DNA from: Lingula anatina
Lineage: Eukaryota > Animalia > Brachiopoda
Direction of reading: 5' to 3'
Assembly (NCBI GenBank): GCA_051362555.1
Contig: CM120643.1
Coordinates: forward strand, 18,108,848 to 18,172,847
Length of the DNA: 64,000 bases
The position numbers and the translations under genes were made by a program. The notes below the pieces were generated by a model. That model saw nothing but the letters and a program-made list of their open reading frames with translations. It was not told the origin of the DNA and did no database searches. Positions 11,801-24,029 of this stretch are shown here, one piece after another (the stretch's first letter is position 1; each line of letters begins with the position of its first letter).

Positions 11801-14800
11801 AAAATATAATATCAAAATACTACTATTTATTTTCACTTATAGTTGACATGCCATTTAACATTGGGTTAAACTTAGATACAATAACAGCTTCTGCACATTC
11901 ATTTTGGGATTTAGATGCCTAAAGAAATAGCATCTTTGTCATATGTCTTAATTACTGTGGTATGCCTAGATGTTAGAGGCACAAGAAATGTGCCCTCGGT
12001 AAGTCAAAAATTCGCCCTGGTCATTGTAATGTATATGTAATGAGACTAGTATCTCCCACCATGTCCGTTTTTATTTAAACTTTCTTTGCTCTATAAACTA
12101 ACCCAAACCCTGTCAGAGTCGACATATGAGCAACACTTGCAATTTCTGTCATCGATACCACTCATATTAGTTACAATTTCATGGCATATTTTGACAGACG
12201 AGCCTGACAATCGTTAAGATATACAACGAACACACGTAAATAAACATAAATCTCTGTGCTTAATAAATATTTTCACTGGTGTCTTATCTCAAAGATAATT
12301 GTAAATGGTACTCACAAATCCAGTAAATACTTCGCGGCCAGGCCATTCTTCGTATCCATGGCCACCCAAGCAGGTTTTCATCTGCCTTCTTCCTCGCCGG
12401 TGTTTATTGTTTGCCTGTCGTACATTTGCTGATACACTGTTTTACGCATGTTTTTTGTAAAGGCTGTTTCTTTTTTCTTTTTGTTATCTGTCTTCGCTTC
12501 TTCGAAGGACTCCCAGCATAACTGAGCCTCCTGTTTCACGTTGTCCTTTCCCGGCAGCTTGAACTGGTTTTAACTAGGTCGCAATACGAGAATCTCGCGA
12601 GATCCGGAAGTCTAGAGAGCTCAATTATGAAAATGGAGGTGGTTGTTGGTAAACCTCCGCTTAAGCGGAGGTTTTCTTTTTATTGTATTTTCCAAAAATG
12701 TTACAGAGCGATGGCGAGTGCCGGGAATGATAGATTAAAGGTTGGTAAATCGCGGAAAAGTAGTGTTAACCTCGGGATAAATCAGGATAAATCAATTTTG
12801 GCGCGAAAATCCTCTTTTGTGTCCTTTTAATTGCATTAGCGAGTTAATGATGCCCTGGTAATGTCTATTTTTATTGTGAAAAATTGACCTGACCTAAAAC
12901 TATAGGATTTAGGACATTCAGCCTGAGTATGTGTCTATCTTTGACTCATGACTTGGATAGAGAGTTTTTGTCACAATTTTATATATGCACTTACTGCAAA
13001 AGGTGATGTTTTTTTTTTAGTGGAAGTGGTAACAAGAATATATTTTTTGTTAAATTTGGGGAAATTTGGAAATGTTGTAGTTATTGACTTTCTTAGTTAT
13101 ATATTATTGGAATTTATGTTAACATTTATTTTGAATTTTTAGGTAAATTAAGGAATGATGTTAGTAAATAACCTACCATCAATTGAATTCAGAGTGCATT
13201 TGCACATATTAGTTGGTGCTAGGATTATAGACCATGCATTGTCTCCACAGGTCAGTCTATTTACAATTTGACCACCCCTAACAATGATTTGAAAGCCACT
13301 TAAAGTGACAAAAGCTTCATTTTCTGTTAGCCTGTGGTGTCAATAGCTGTACTGGGCGATGCCCACTTAGTTTTGTTACCCTTTGTCATTGATGATGAAT
13401 TAACCCTGAAATTGGAACATTACTGGCCTCCAAGTACCATTCGGTACTACTGTAATGGAGGTTGCCGTAGCGACATCTTTGTAACTTTAGGGATAATTTT
13501 TACTCTCAATTGCGGGATTGACAGCCCCTAATGACCTAAAGTATGTGTGTAATTTTTTAGGCTTTAGTTACCTTTTTTTTCTGTTTATAGCTTTGCTTTT
13601 GGTATTGATAGAAAATATTTTTTTCTTTTTCCAAGGCATAAAAACATTCAAGGTACTATCATTTGGGTAATTTGAAGTTTGACAAGCCCGAAAGTATCCT
13701 ATATAGGATATTCACTGAGGTCCAGATTAAAAATAATATTTCTGCATCCAGAAATTTCATAAGTTTTTGTAGGTATTTTTAGGTGTGATACATCTTGTTT
13801 AATATGTCTGTTTTGTTTTGTTTGGTCAATATTTAGCAGCAGGTTCTGTATTGTTTGTTGGATCTATAGGAATATTAACTTAGTAGTACACACACTTGCC
13901 TGGTGATTAGAGACTGAAAGTGAGTTTAGAGGAGCATATGCTGCTTAACAGCTGATAAAAAGTGGATTGATTATTACAGGCGAGTGTTCAATATGTGGAA
14001 TAGAGCATAGGGCACATCAGAGGATTCACAGTGCCAGATCCAGTTACTGTATCTGTGCATGCTTTTGTAGGCATGTTCACCAGAGAGAAATGGAACCGTT
14101 CCAAAGCATCCAATTGAATTCTACATATGTTGGAGTAGCAGTTTGATCAGGCATTTAGTGGAATAGTCTGAACGCACCTTTTTACAGCTTTACTGCTAAC
14201 ATAAAAAAGTTTTAGTTTGATTAGATGTTTTCTAGATTGATTGTATTCTTTTTCTTTGCTGCTAAACCATAAATCCTCTGGGGCTTGTTTTACAAAGCTT
14301 AAGTTCTTTTACCTAAGACTGCTAAACTTTTATAGCTATATGTTAGTTGAATATAATGCTAGTAGATTAACAATATGAAAAAAGTTTTTAAAAAATGACA
14401 CACTGTAAATGTAGTTGATATAAATGAAGTAACGGTGCAAAAAATAATTATCAAGACATTAATAATGTCCTGAAACTCACTAAAAAAAAATATGAAGTAG
14501 TAGTCCCCTATGATTCATTTGGTAGGCTCCATCACTTGAGGCATGTTAAGTTTCTTAGGAGTCTTTGCTAAGGTTGACTTGATTAAACAGGGGGCCAGGG
14601 CTCCGTAACTTGAAAGCATCGCGATTTGCATCCGAGCGCAAGCATCTCCATTTCATAACTCTGGGATTTACTTGCCCCATATAATAGCCTCGAAATAAAA
14701 GGTGATATCGCTATTTGCAATTTGCAATGCTTTCGAGTTACGGAGCCCAGGTGTTCCGCTGGGGTGGAGCCCTGTTGAATTAACTCATAACAAGATACAA

Positions 14801-15995
14801 GATGATGCTACAGAATCTCAGGCTGGTCTTTTTAAACTGTGTATATATATGCACTGTGTGGGGAGCTTGCGTGATAGTGCTATGTTTTATACTGACAGCT
14901 TTTACTGTTTTGATTACAACCAGGGTTTGCTTTTATGATGTAAAAAATTATTGTGTGGTGATGCACAATGATGTTATTCTCAAGAGTGGGTCGTTTAATC
15001 ACGCAAGGACTAGAACAAAAAAGTACAGTATCATGGTTGATATGTCACTGAAAATGAAAGATTCATGATAAAAGGGGAAATGTCAGAAATAAGGTTATTT
15101 AATTTTTGAAGCATGGTTGGTGAAATGTGAGATGAAAGGTTTGTTATGACAAAGATGAAATGTCAAAAGTATAGATGATTTCTAGTCCGCGACCCTGACG
15201 CTATCTAATATTGCCCCGTCACACTCGACACAATGTTTTCTTACAAATCATTCTCATTGTGAATGAGGAGATCACTCGGGTATCAAATTTTGGTTAGGGA
15301 ACAAAAGTTCTGGATTCTTTGAAGACCAGTGGTGGACACTTCTATAGAAAGTCTAATGAATAGTGGAAATCAAGTGCAAAGGCAAAAGAATTGGTTTTTT
15401 GATCTGAAGAGTTGGGATGGCTTTTGTACTCAGTAGAAACCCCTTGTAGCTTCATTAAAAGTTTGAATGAGACTGTGTCACTTCATTTTTTTGTACTCAC
15501 ATCCCTGGAAGTGCTCAGTGATGAACAGTGATGTTGATTTGAAGCATGGCTGATACTCTTTTGGTATAACACTATTCAAAATAAATTGCTTTTTTTACAC
15601 GTAGAACCATTTTAGATATATCCTTTCCCTTTAAGACATGATATCTTGTGCAAAATTTCTTGCCTCTTGAACAACGCTCTGACAGTCTGACCCCTAAAAT
15701 GGGCAACCTCCATCATCTCTCTCTCTTTCCATAGACTGGAAGTAAACATATATTTGATATCCTTGTCTTATTATCCCTGGTTCAGAATAAATGTGAAAAG
15801 CACTGCAATTGACGTCAACATTGAGATTTTTTTATTGTATATTGGAAAATATGACATTGATGGGTGATAAGTGCTGACTGGAACAATTGCTTCTTTCATG
15901 TGCCCTGTTGTCAATTGATGGTTTTATTGTTTTCTTGGATGATTAGTTTCACCAAAGAAGACATGAAACCCAGCTTGGTATTGTAGTGCAGAGTG

Positions 15996-16034
<39 letters not shown>

Positions 16035-19000
16035 TTTTGCTAGGAGTGTCTAGAATAATTGAAAAACACCAAACAAGCATAGTTCCATGGCTTTTAATAT
16101 TGTTTATTTTCAGACGAAAACCTTAAAGGTTTTTTTGAACTTGCATGATTGGGTAATTTGGTAAAACAGTATGTCCTTCATCTCTTTTTGGTAACTGCAA
16201 TAAGCTTATCAACACATAACAAAAATTAAAGCATTGGTTTTCTTTCTTTCCCTTTATCATTTCTGCTTATGTCTTATTATTACTTAACCAGTTCTGCCAA
16301 GATATTGCAGGGGCAAATATTCTTCTGAGACAGTTTGTTTGTGGTATTGGAGCTACACATATATTATCTATTTTAATTCTTTTAATTTACCATAAAATTG
16401 GAACAACTATTGTAGTCTTTTTTCAAACTTTCATGAAATATGGTGATTGAAAAAATATAAAAATAGTTTATGGCTGTAATCATAGTAGTTTCCTGAATTT
16501 TGGCTATAATGTGATCTGAATTTCTGAGAAAAATTTATATTTATATATTTATTATTTTGTTTTATATAAGAAGAGTTTCTCCCATTTGGTGATATAGCAA
16601 AGAAAATGCAAACATTTGTTCCAAGTCTCTATTGAAAATGATACATTTTAAACACTCCCTGAAGATCAATTTTGTCCATTTCATGATTGCTTAAAAGCAC
16701 TTAATTTGATTATCACTGATCATATACTAGTATATTTCTACTTAATAGTTTAGATAAAAACAGCTTGGCAGATGAATGATTTAGACAGAAAAAAAGATTG
16801 CCTTTGTGATTTGAATTTTACTAAAAAAAATATAATATAACAAAATTGTTTTAAGTTAGCTGTTATCAGTCCCAGAGAAAAAAAATCATTTATTAGTTTG
16901 TGTTTATGCATGTTATGTATGTGTGAGTGCATGTTATGTATGTGTGAGTGCATGTTATGTATGTGTGAGTGCGTGCATATATGTGTACATGCATGTTTGA
17001 TTGTGCCAGATTGAAGAGTATCTAAAAATTACAAAAAAATGAATAAATACATCTCAAAATGAATATTACAAGTATATATAAGTATAACTTGCACAATTGT
17101 CCAGTACAAAATTGATAAAATTACTGAGTAGAAATGGCAAAGATGCCGTGATAGACTTGCACTGAATAACCCGTCTTATCAGGCAGTTGAAAACAGAGCC
17201 TTCCTTCAGCTGTGAGTCGGAAATAACTGTGTAATTTCATCCTGTTATTTTAGTAAATTAACTGAGACATTCTTATTGTGATATGCAGCCACTTTTTACC
17301 TTGTCATCTTAAGATGATTATCAAAATAATTGTGTACTTAATAATTTTTCTTTTTCTATTTTTTTTAGGTACAGAATGTCAGGTATGTATCAAGGATCAT
17401 CTCAAGACTTTTTTAAATGCTTTTTTTTTTAAATCATAGATAATTAGATCACATTAAGAATGGAATTTTATTAATTTATTTATATAATTAAGCTGTGTTT
17501 TCAGAAGTTTTAAAAAAGGTATTTTTGTTATAACAGATTACTTGAGACAGGTAAATGAACAAATGCAAACAATTATAGATGTAAAAACTTGTCAATGTAC
17601 ACGTAAATAGGTTGAATGTCAAGAGAAACTGGAAAAAAAGCATTAAGCACTAAGGTATCAGCTCTTTAGAGTGGCTAAAGCATTTTCTGGCAAAAGTAAA
17701 ATTAAACACCAGTAATGCTTTTTCTCCGTGGTTTCTGTCAAGGAAATTTATATTAAGTCTACTTAACGTTTCATGATAAACATCAATAGTGGTAAGCAAA
17801 TTTGGTTATGGTTTTGGGAAAAAAGTGGTTGGATCCAGACGATGTTATTTTCACAGTTCTGTACCTTATGACCCTGAGATGATAGGGGAGATAATTTTGA
17901 TAAAGCAGGAGAAAAAAAAAAAAGAAAATGTGTGCAGAAGCTGGGGAGCTTGTGCAGTTCAAATAAAAGGAGCTAAAGCAACTCATTGTGGGAAAAGAAA
18001 AAAGTGCACAAAATAATTGGTAAAAAAGGAAAGACCTTTAAGCACAATCATTTTAATTCTAGGTGATGCAAAATGCTATATTGGGCCTTTATAGAATATG
18101 AATGTCAATGTAGCCAGCTAATAATTCATTGATTACAAAATGCCTGAATATTGGAGGAAGTGTATTACTCTTAATTCAAAGTGATGTATAAAAAAGGATC
18201 TTTGAAATTGTCCTTTTCTTCTAAGAAAATTGAATCTATGTTTTTTTTTTTTTTTTCAAAAATAACTGCATGATGTTTCATTTTCTCTCCAGTATTAAGA
18301 ACGTCAAAATGACAAGGATTTTATCTTTGGCAAGTGCTGTTCATTATGTCAAAATGGCGTTATCTTCTAAATTTTTTTCAATAATTTCATAAATTGGTTA
18401 TCCTTAGATCATTGAATCCCTGGGGTTAGTCCTGTTCAGTGCTTTGGACTACGGTTTGCCAGAAAATGAAGAACAACGCTTGAGCCCTCTCTTGGAAAGT
18501 GCCATTGCTCGCATGACAGGAAATGATGCCGATAAAAGCTCCAGTGATGCCGGCCATGATGATGGTTGCCACAGCGATGAGGGTATTGCAGAAGATGAAG
18601 ATGAGGATGGAGGTCAAGGTCAAAGTGTTACATTTCAAGATGTCATACAGGTAGAGTATAGCATTATGGTTTGCCAAGCAAGATTGATTGTGATCCTTAA
18701 AGGTTTACTTGTTATGTAACTGAGACACTTGGTACTGAATTTTTTTGCTCAAGTTACGCAAAGCTTTAAATTAAAGCATGTTCAAGTCAGTTTCAGCCAG
18801 TTGAAAAATGTTTCATTGGATCTGTAAATATAGTTAGAAATATTCATGATGTTTAGATACTCTTTTTGAACTCGTGTTGGCAGTTTCATCTACATCTTAT
18901 CAAAGCAAGCTTAAGGTTTCAAAAAGTTGAGACCTAAACATGTATTTTTTCAGTCGATGTTTCAGCCAAAACAAAAGAAAAAATCTGTTACTCAAGATTT

Positions 19001-22000
19001 GCTCTAGGTGATCGATGATTCAAGTCGTAAGGTAACAGGTTTTGTCGAGTCTACTTTAAGTTGAAATCTTTTTTCTTTTAGGACTGCATCAATCACTTGC
19101 ACAGTCCGGGAGAGGCTGCCAGTCATTACAAGGCAGTGTGCAGAGCTCTGCTGGCGGAGGCTCAAGAATTACTTACCTTTCTTGTCAATATATCTTTATG
19201 TAGAGAGGTAAGTTAAGTGTTAAGACCGATGTGTGTAAAGGGTCAAAATTCAAAGCAATACTGAGAGCTCTGTTGGTGGGGACTCGGGAATTACTTCTGC
19301 CTTTCTCTGCAATATATGTAGGGAAGTAAGTCACTTGCTAGAGCTTTGAGTTTAGATGGTAAAGTATTAATTGGTTTGTAGAGCTTTGGTGAAAGAGACT
19401 TGTAAAGAATTATAAAATATAATGGTTTTTTATGTCATATTTTCATGCATTTGTGGGAAATGTTTTATTTTTTCCAATTTGGAATATCACTTGAACATGT
19501 ACAAATGTTATCAATACAACCTATTCTGTCCATGTATTTTGTAGAAAGTTTGGGTATTTTGAATATTTGCATATTTTATTTAAAAAAGCAAATCAATGTA
19601 AATAAATTTGTAAATTTCTGTATTAGTTGTAGATTCAGTTAATTTGTCATTGCATCAGTTCAAAATGCAGCTTAACACCTTTCAATTCAAAACATGCTTC
19701 TCACTTTTAGATGTCATATTTAGAAACAATTTGTTGTGTTACACATCAGTTGCTGTTTTATTTACTTTTATTTAATTTGCAGAAATTAAAAGCTGAAGAT
19801 GGAGAAGAAGACTTGGAAGATCTCCAGAGGGCTGACTGGGTAGGATTTCATCATCACTAAACAAGAATGGGCATTTCATTAGTTCTTCTTTAGTGTTTTA
19901 TCAGGTCGATAAAGATTTTAAAAAAATTCTTTTAGCAGAAGATTTTAGTATAAACTCAAAAGTCATCCAGCATGATTAAATGACTAGTGGTAAAATTTCA
20001 CAGTACACTACTGTGTGGTATTATAGCAGGCCCTTAGAGTTAAAGATGAAATTTTTAAAAGATTATTGATTAACAAATTGATAAATTGGGGCCGTAGCGA
20101 TAGTCTGAAGGTTCAACAGTCCGAAGGTTCATTGGTCCGAATGTTCACTATATAACCTTCGGACCAATGAACACTTGGTTAAAAAATCTATGAAAATGTT
20201 ACCACTTTTCGAACCAATGAACCTTCGGACCAATGAACCTTCGGACTATCGAGACGCCCCCGATAAATTGCTTCTCTTAAATTCTTGCATTTCTGCAGTT
20301 TAAATGCACTTACAGCAGTCATTAAAGTATAATGTATTTATGAACATACAGTTAATAATCTGTAGAATCTTAAGAATCTGTATAACTTGGGACTCTTTAG
20401 GGCTAGAAATTTGTTCAAGTTATGCATTTAAGTTGGGCAATGTTCATAAGTTTCAGCTATTGTGAAAGAAAACATCGTTTGAAAAAAATGTTCAAGGTGA
20501 ATATTATTCCACAAAAAGTGATTTCTGTAGACAGTTAGTGGCATTTTGTATAATATTTGCATAAATCTGACTTGCAATATTATTTTTTCTTTGTTATTCT
20601 CTAGTATCTTCCAATACCGAAAAAGTCATCATTAATTAAAAAGTGATGCAAATATTAAACAAAATGTGTGTCACTGACGCAACCCAAAGAATTACTTTTT
20701 GTGGAATGCTGTACAAATGACAATTCATTAAAAAATTATTAGTTGTCAAGTCTGCTGTATTTTATTGTATTCTACTTTATATTTTATATTTTTATATATT
20801 TTATATTTTACTTTGTATTTCAATGTTGATAGGCTAGACTGTGGATGCAAGTAATGAAGACCCTGAGAAAGGGAGTCAAGTTAAAAGAAGTGGAACACGT
20901 CAACAAGCCACCAGTGGAATATGAACTGACACCATACGAAATATTGATGGAGGACATACGATCTCGGAGATATACGCTTAACAAAGTTACTGTAAGCATA
21001 TACACCTTAAAAAGGTCTCTACAGACAACTTTTACTGTATTTAATCTTTTCAAAGTTTTAAATACAGTGTCTGCATGTGTGCATGGGTAGGTGCATATGC
21101 ACATTGGTTTTATAATAAAATTAAATAAGGACTTTTTATAGGCTGTAAATAAGACTCACTCTACATAGCCTTTACAGATTTTCGGCTAGATTTTTAATTG
21201 TGTGGGAGTAATTTTAGGGCACTGTAAAGAAAAAAATTGGTGGCCGTATGTTCTGTTAATTTAGAAACTTTAACCACAATCTGGGGTAGGGCTAGCAATT
21301 TTTTTGGCTTAGCCAAATCACCACATTTTTGTCAATTTGTTATCAAAATGGTTATAATTTGGCTAAAACGAGTCAAATCAAGCCCTTTGTCTTTAGTCAA
21401 TTTAAGTCAGTTTTAGCATTTGGCTAAATTGGCGAGTGTTAGCGCTACCCCAGCACAATGATAATTATTAAATTAATTTGGAATGAAATATTTTCTTTAC
21501 AGGCAAATGGGGCCCTCCCTCCCAAACTAAAGCAAAACGCCCATGAGATAATTCTGGATTTTATCAGATCAAGACCTCCGCTGCACCCGGTAAGCACAGT
21601 CAATAAAAAAATAATAATAATAACACGCAAGAAAATGAAATAAAATAAAATAAAATAAAGTAAAATAAAAAATAATAATAATATAAGAAAGATAAAAGTT
21701 GGACACAGATTATTGAAATAAATTATAATGCTTAAATGGACAGAAGCATAGTATTACCTAATATTTGTGAAGAGATATTATTTGTCTCATATTAATTTAA
21801 TGAGAAATGTTTTCATGCTGTGTCATTGATTATGGATGGAAACATTGCTAGTTAGTTAAAAACAAAAATCATAATTAAGTGAACTTGAATAATTGTTTCA
21901 TTTCCAGGTTACAAACAGAAAGCTTGCCAATCCACGCCCTAGGACTCCAGACTTGCATGAACAGCTGATTAGCGAAATTAAAAACCCACCAAAACTCCGA

Positions 22001-23993
22001 TCTACGCCATATGAGGAAGAAGGTAAGATTTGATTGTTTCTGATGATGGGAAGTAGGTTTGAGTGGCTGGTAATTTTCAGGCTGCAAAGATTACAAAAAA
22101 TCATGTTGTACAGAGAATTACTTTTTATTCTAAATATTATTTGAGCAAATACAAAAATGTTGATTAATCAAAACATGCTATCACTTTAAAATGTGTATTT
22201 TTGGCAAAAGAAGTATTTCCTTGATGAAGAAATTTTTGTCTTCACAAGTATCATGTTACAGCTGTGTGATTTTTTTTCAAAAACATGAAGTTTGTCAGAT
22301 CTGAAATGCAGCCACTTTTTTCTCCAGATCACACCGTGTTTTATAAGTTGTTTTTGGTGGTGGTGGTGGTTTTAGTGGTTACTCTGTGAGTTCTATGTCA
22401 CTTATGGTGTCACAAGTAACACATTTGCAACTAACACAATAATAACATGCGGGTGCCTCATCAATTGCTTAACTTGCAGACAAATGTAATGCTTATTTCT
22501 CAAATAACATACTGACAATTAAATGAGGTATCAAAAAAAAAAAAAAAAACCTTGCATATAGATTTCAGAGAATCAAGATTCCTTAAATTGACGAAATTGC
22601 TTTAAGTTCCTGTCATTTTATTGTCAGTGTCAATATTCTATTTTACAAAAAGTGTATAAGCTATTATATTATAACATGAACAGTTATACTCTGCTTTACA
22701 TGTGGGATTTATGTGTGCTTTTTAACAAATGATTTGATGTATCAATATGAATCACTTGTCAATGACAATTACTTACCCAAACTTTGGATTTGATTATTTC
22801 TAAATGTATGCATTGAATGCAAAGTGCATTTAAAATTTAAATGATTTTAATATGCAGTGCTTAAAATTATTATCATCATCCCAGGCATTTCACTAATATG
22901 CCTCAAAAAAAAAAAGAAATAATAATAATAATAAAATAAATAAATAAATTAAAAATAAATTAAAAATAAATAAATAAATAAATAAATTAATTAATTTAAA
23001 TAAATAAGTAAATAAATAAATGAAATAAAATAATAAAGATTGTGTGCTTCAAGTGGTGCAAACAAATAAAAAATAAACACTGAAACTGGTGAAACTAATG
23101 GAATAACAATGCCTCATGACAGAAAACTACAGTAAGATGCTGAAGACATAAGTAGAACATTATGGGTGCAATGTTGCACAAAAATGATCAGTTGAGTAAA
23201 TGGTTCTGAGAAAGAGTAATAAATTGAGACATGATCCATCTTTTTTGTACACAAATACTCAGTACCAGCTCTCTCACTGACAAGTAATGATTTTTTGCAT
23301 AATTCTCAGTAATGTGCAGAGCTTATTGAGCGAACATCCATCAGAAGCATGTGTACTTTTCTTGACAGTGCCTTAAGATGTATGACAGTGATTGCTGATA
23401 ACTTTCAAATGCCAACTGATATTATTGCTTGATGCTTTTTTGTCACCACATGCACACTGCTGAATATTGAAACAAGCCATTAAAAAAAAAACAAGGAAAT
23501 GACAAGAAAACAAACAACACAACTTGACTTTGACTATGTAATGTAAGTTGTCTGGACAGCTATTTTGTCAAACTGATTACTTGCTTAAAGACAAACAATG
23601 AGGTTACGGCACAGCATATGATGAATCCTCCTGGCAATATCAACAGTTTTCCCTTAATTACCAGAGTATAGTTACCATATCCAAAACCTGTTTTCAGGTT
23701 TTATGTTTCCAATTTTTGCGTCATTTGAGTAATAGAGATGGTGAAATATTTTCGTGATGGTAGGATTAGAATTTTGTAATTCCCACTGTAAGTCTTTAAT
23801 ATATGGAAATTGCCAGTAATGCGTAATCATAGAAACTTGATGATGAATGATAGGATATTTTAATGGTGGATGTTTCTTTCTTGGCTGTGTCAGCCAGACT
23901 TAAGGGGTTTAGTGGGGTTTTCTCACTTGCATAGATCATTTCCGTTGTTGGTACTAGCTTCTTACAATTAGTGGTACATAGATGATAACTTTT

Positions 23994-24029
<36 letters not shown>

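Larger units (their letters stand above)
7681..12830. mobile_element. Decayed ~5.1-kb Kolobok(T2)-like DNA transposon in Spire intron 1
   Basis: Left end TTAA-AGGGACAAAAAATAGGATT versus right end (reverse complement) TTAA-AAGGACACAAAAGAGGATT, 20/23 identical; TTAA on both sides; internal convergent spliced relic genes. Confidence 0.75.

Noticed and set aside
11286-12381. Possible selenoprotein: one spliced frame of the - strand unit reads ...[25 protein letters not shown]
   Set aside because: Another frame carries the transposase-like motifs, the unit lies inside a decayed TE, and I could not see a SECIS element
20100-20250. Short repeated units resembling a CRISPR array
   Set aside because: No unique spacers, units occur in both orientations, they are bounded by TIR/TSD, and the context is eukaryotic: a MITE
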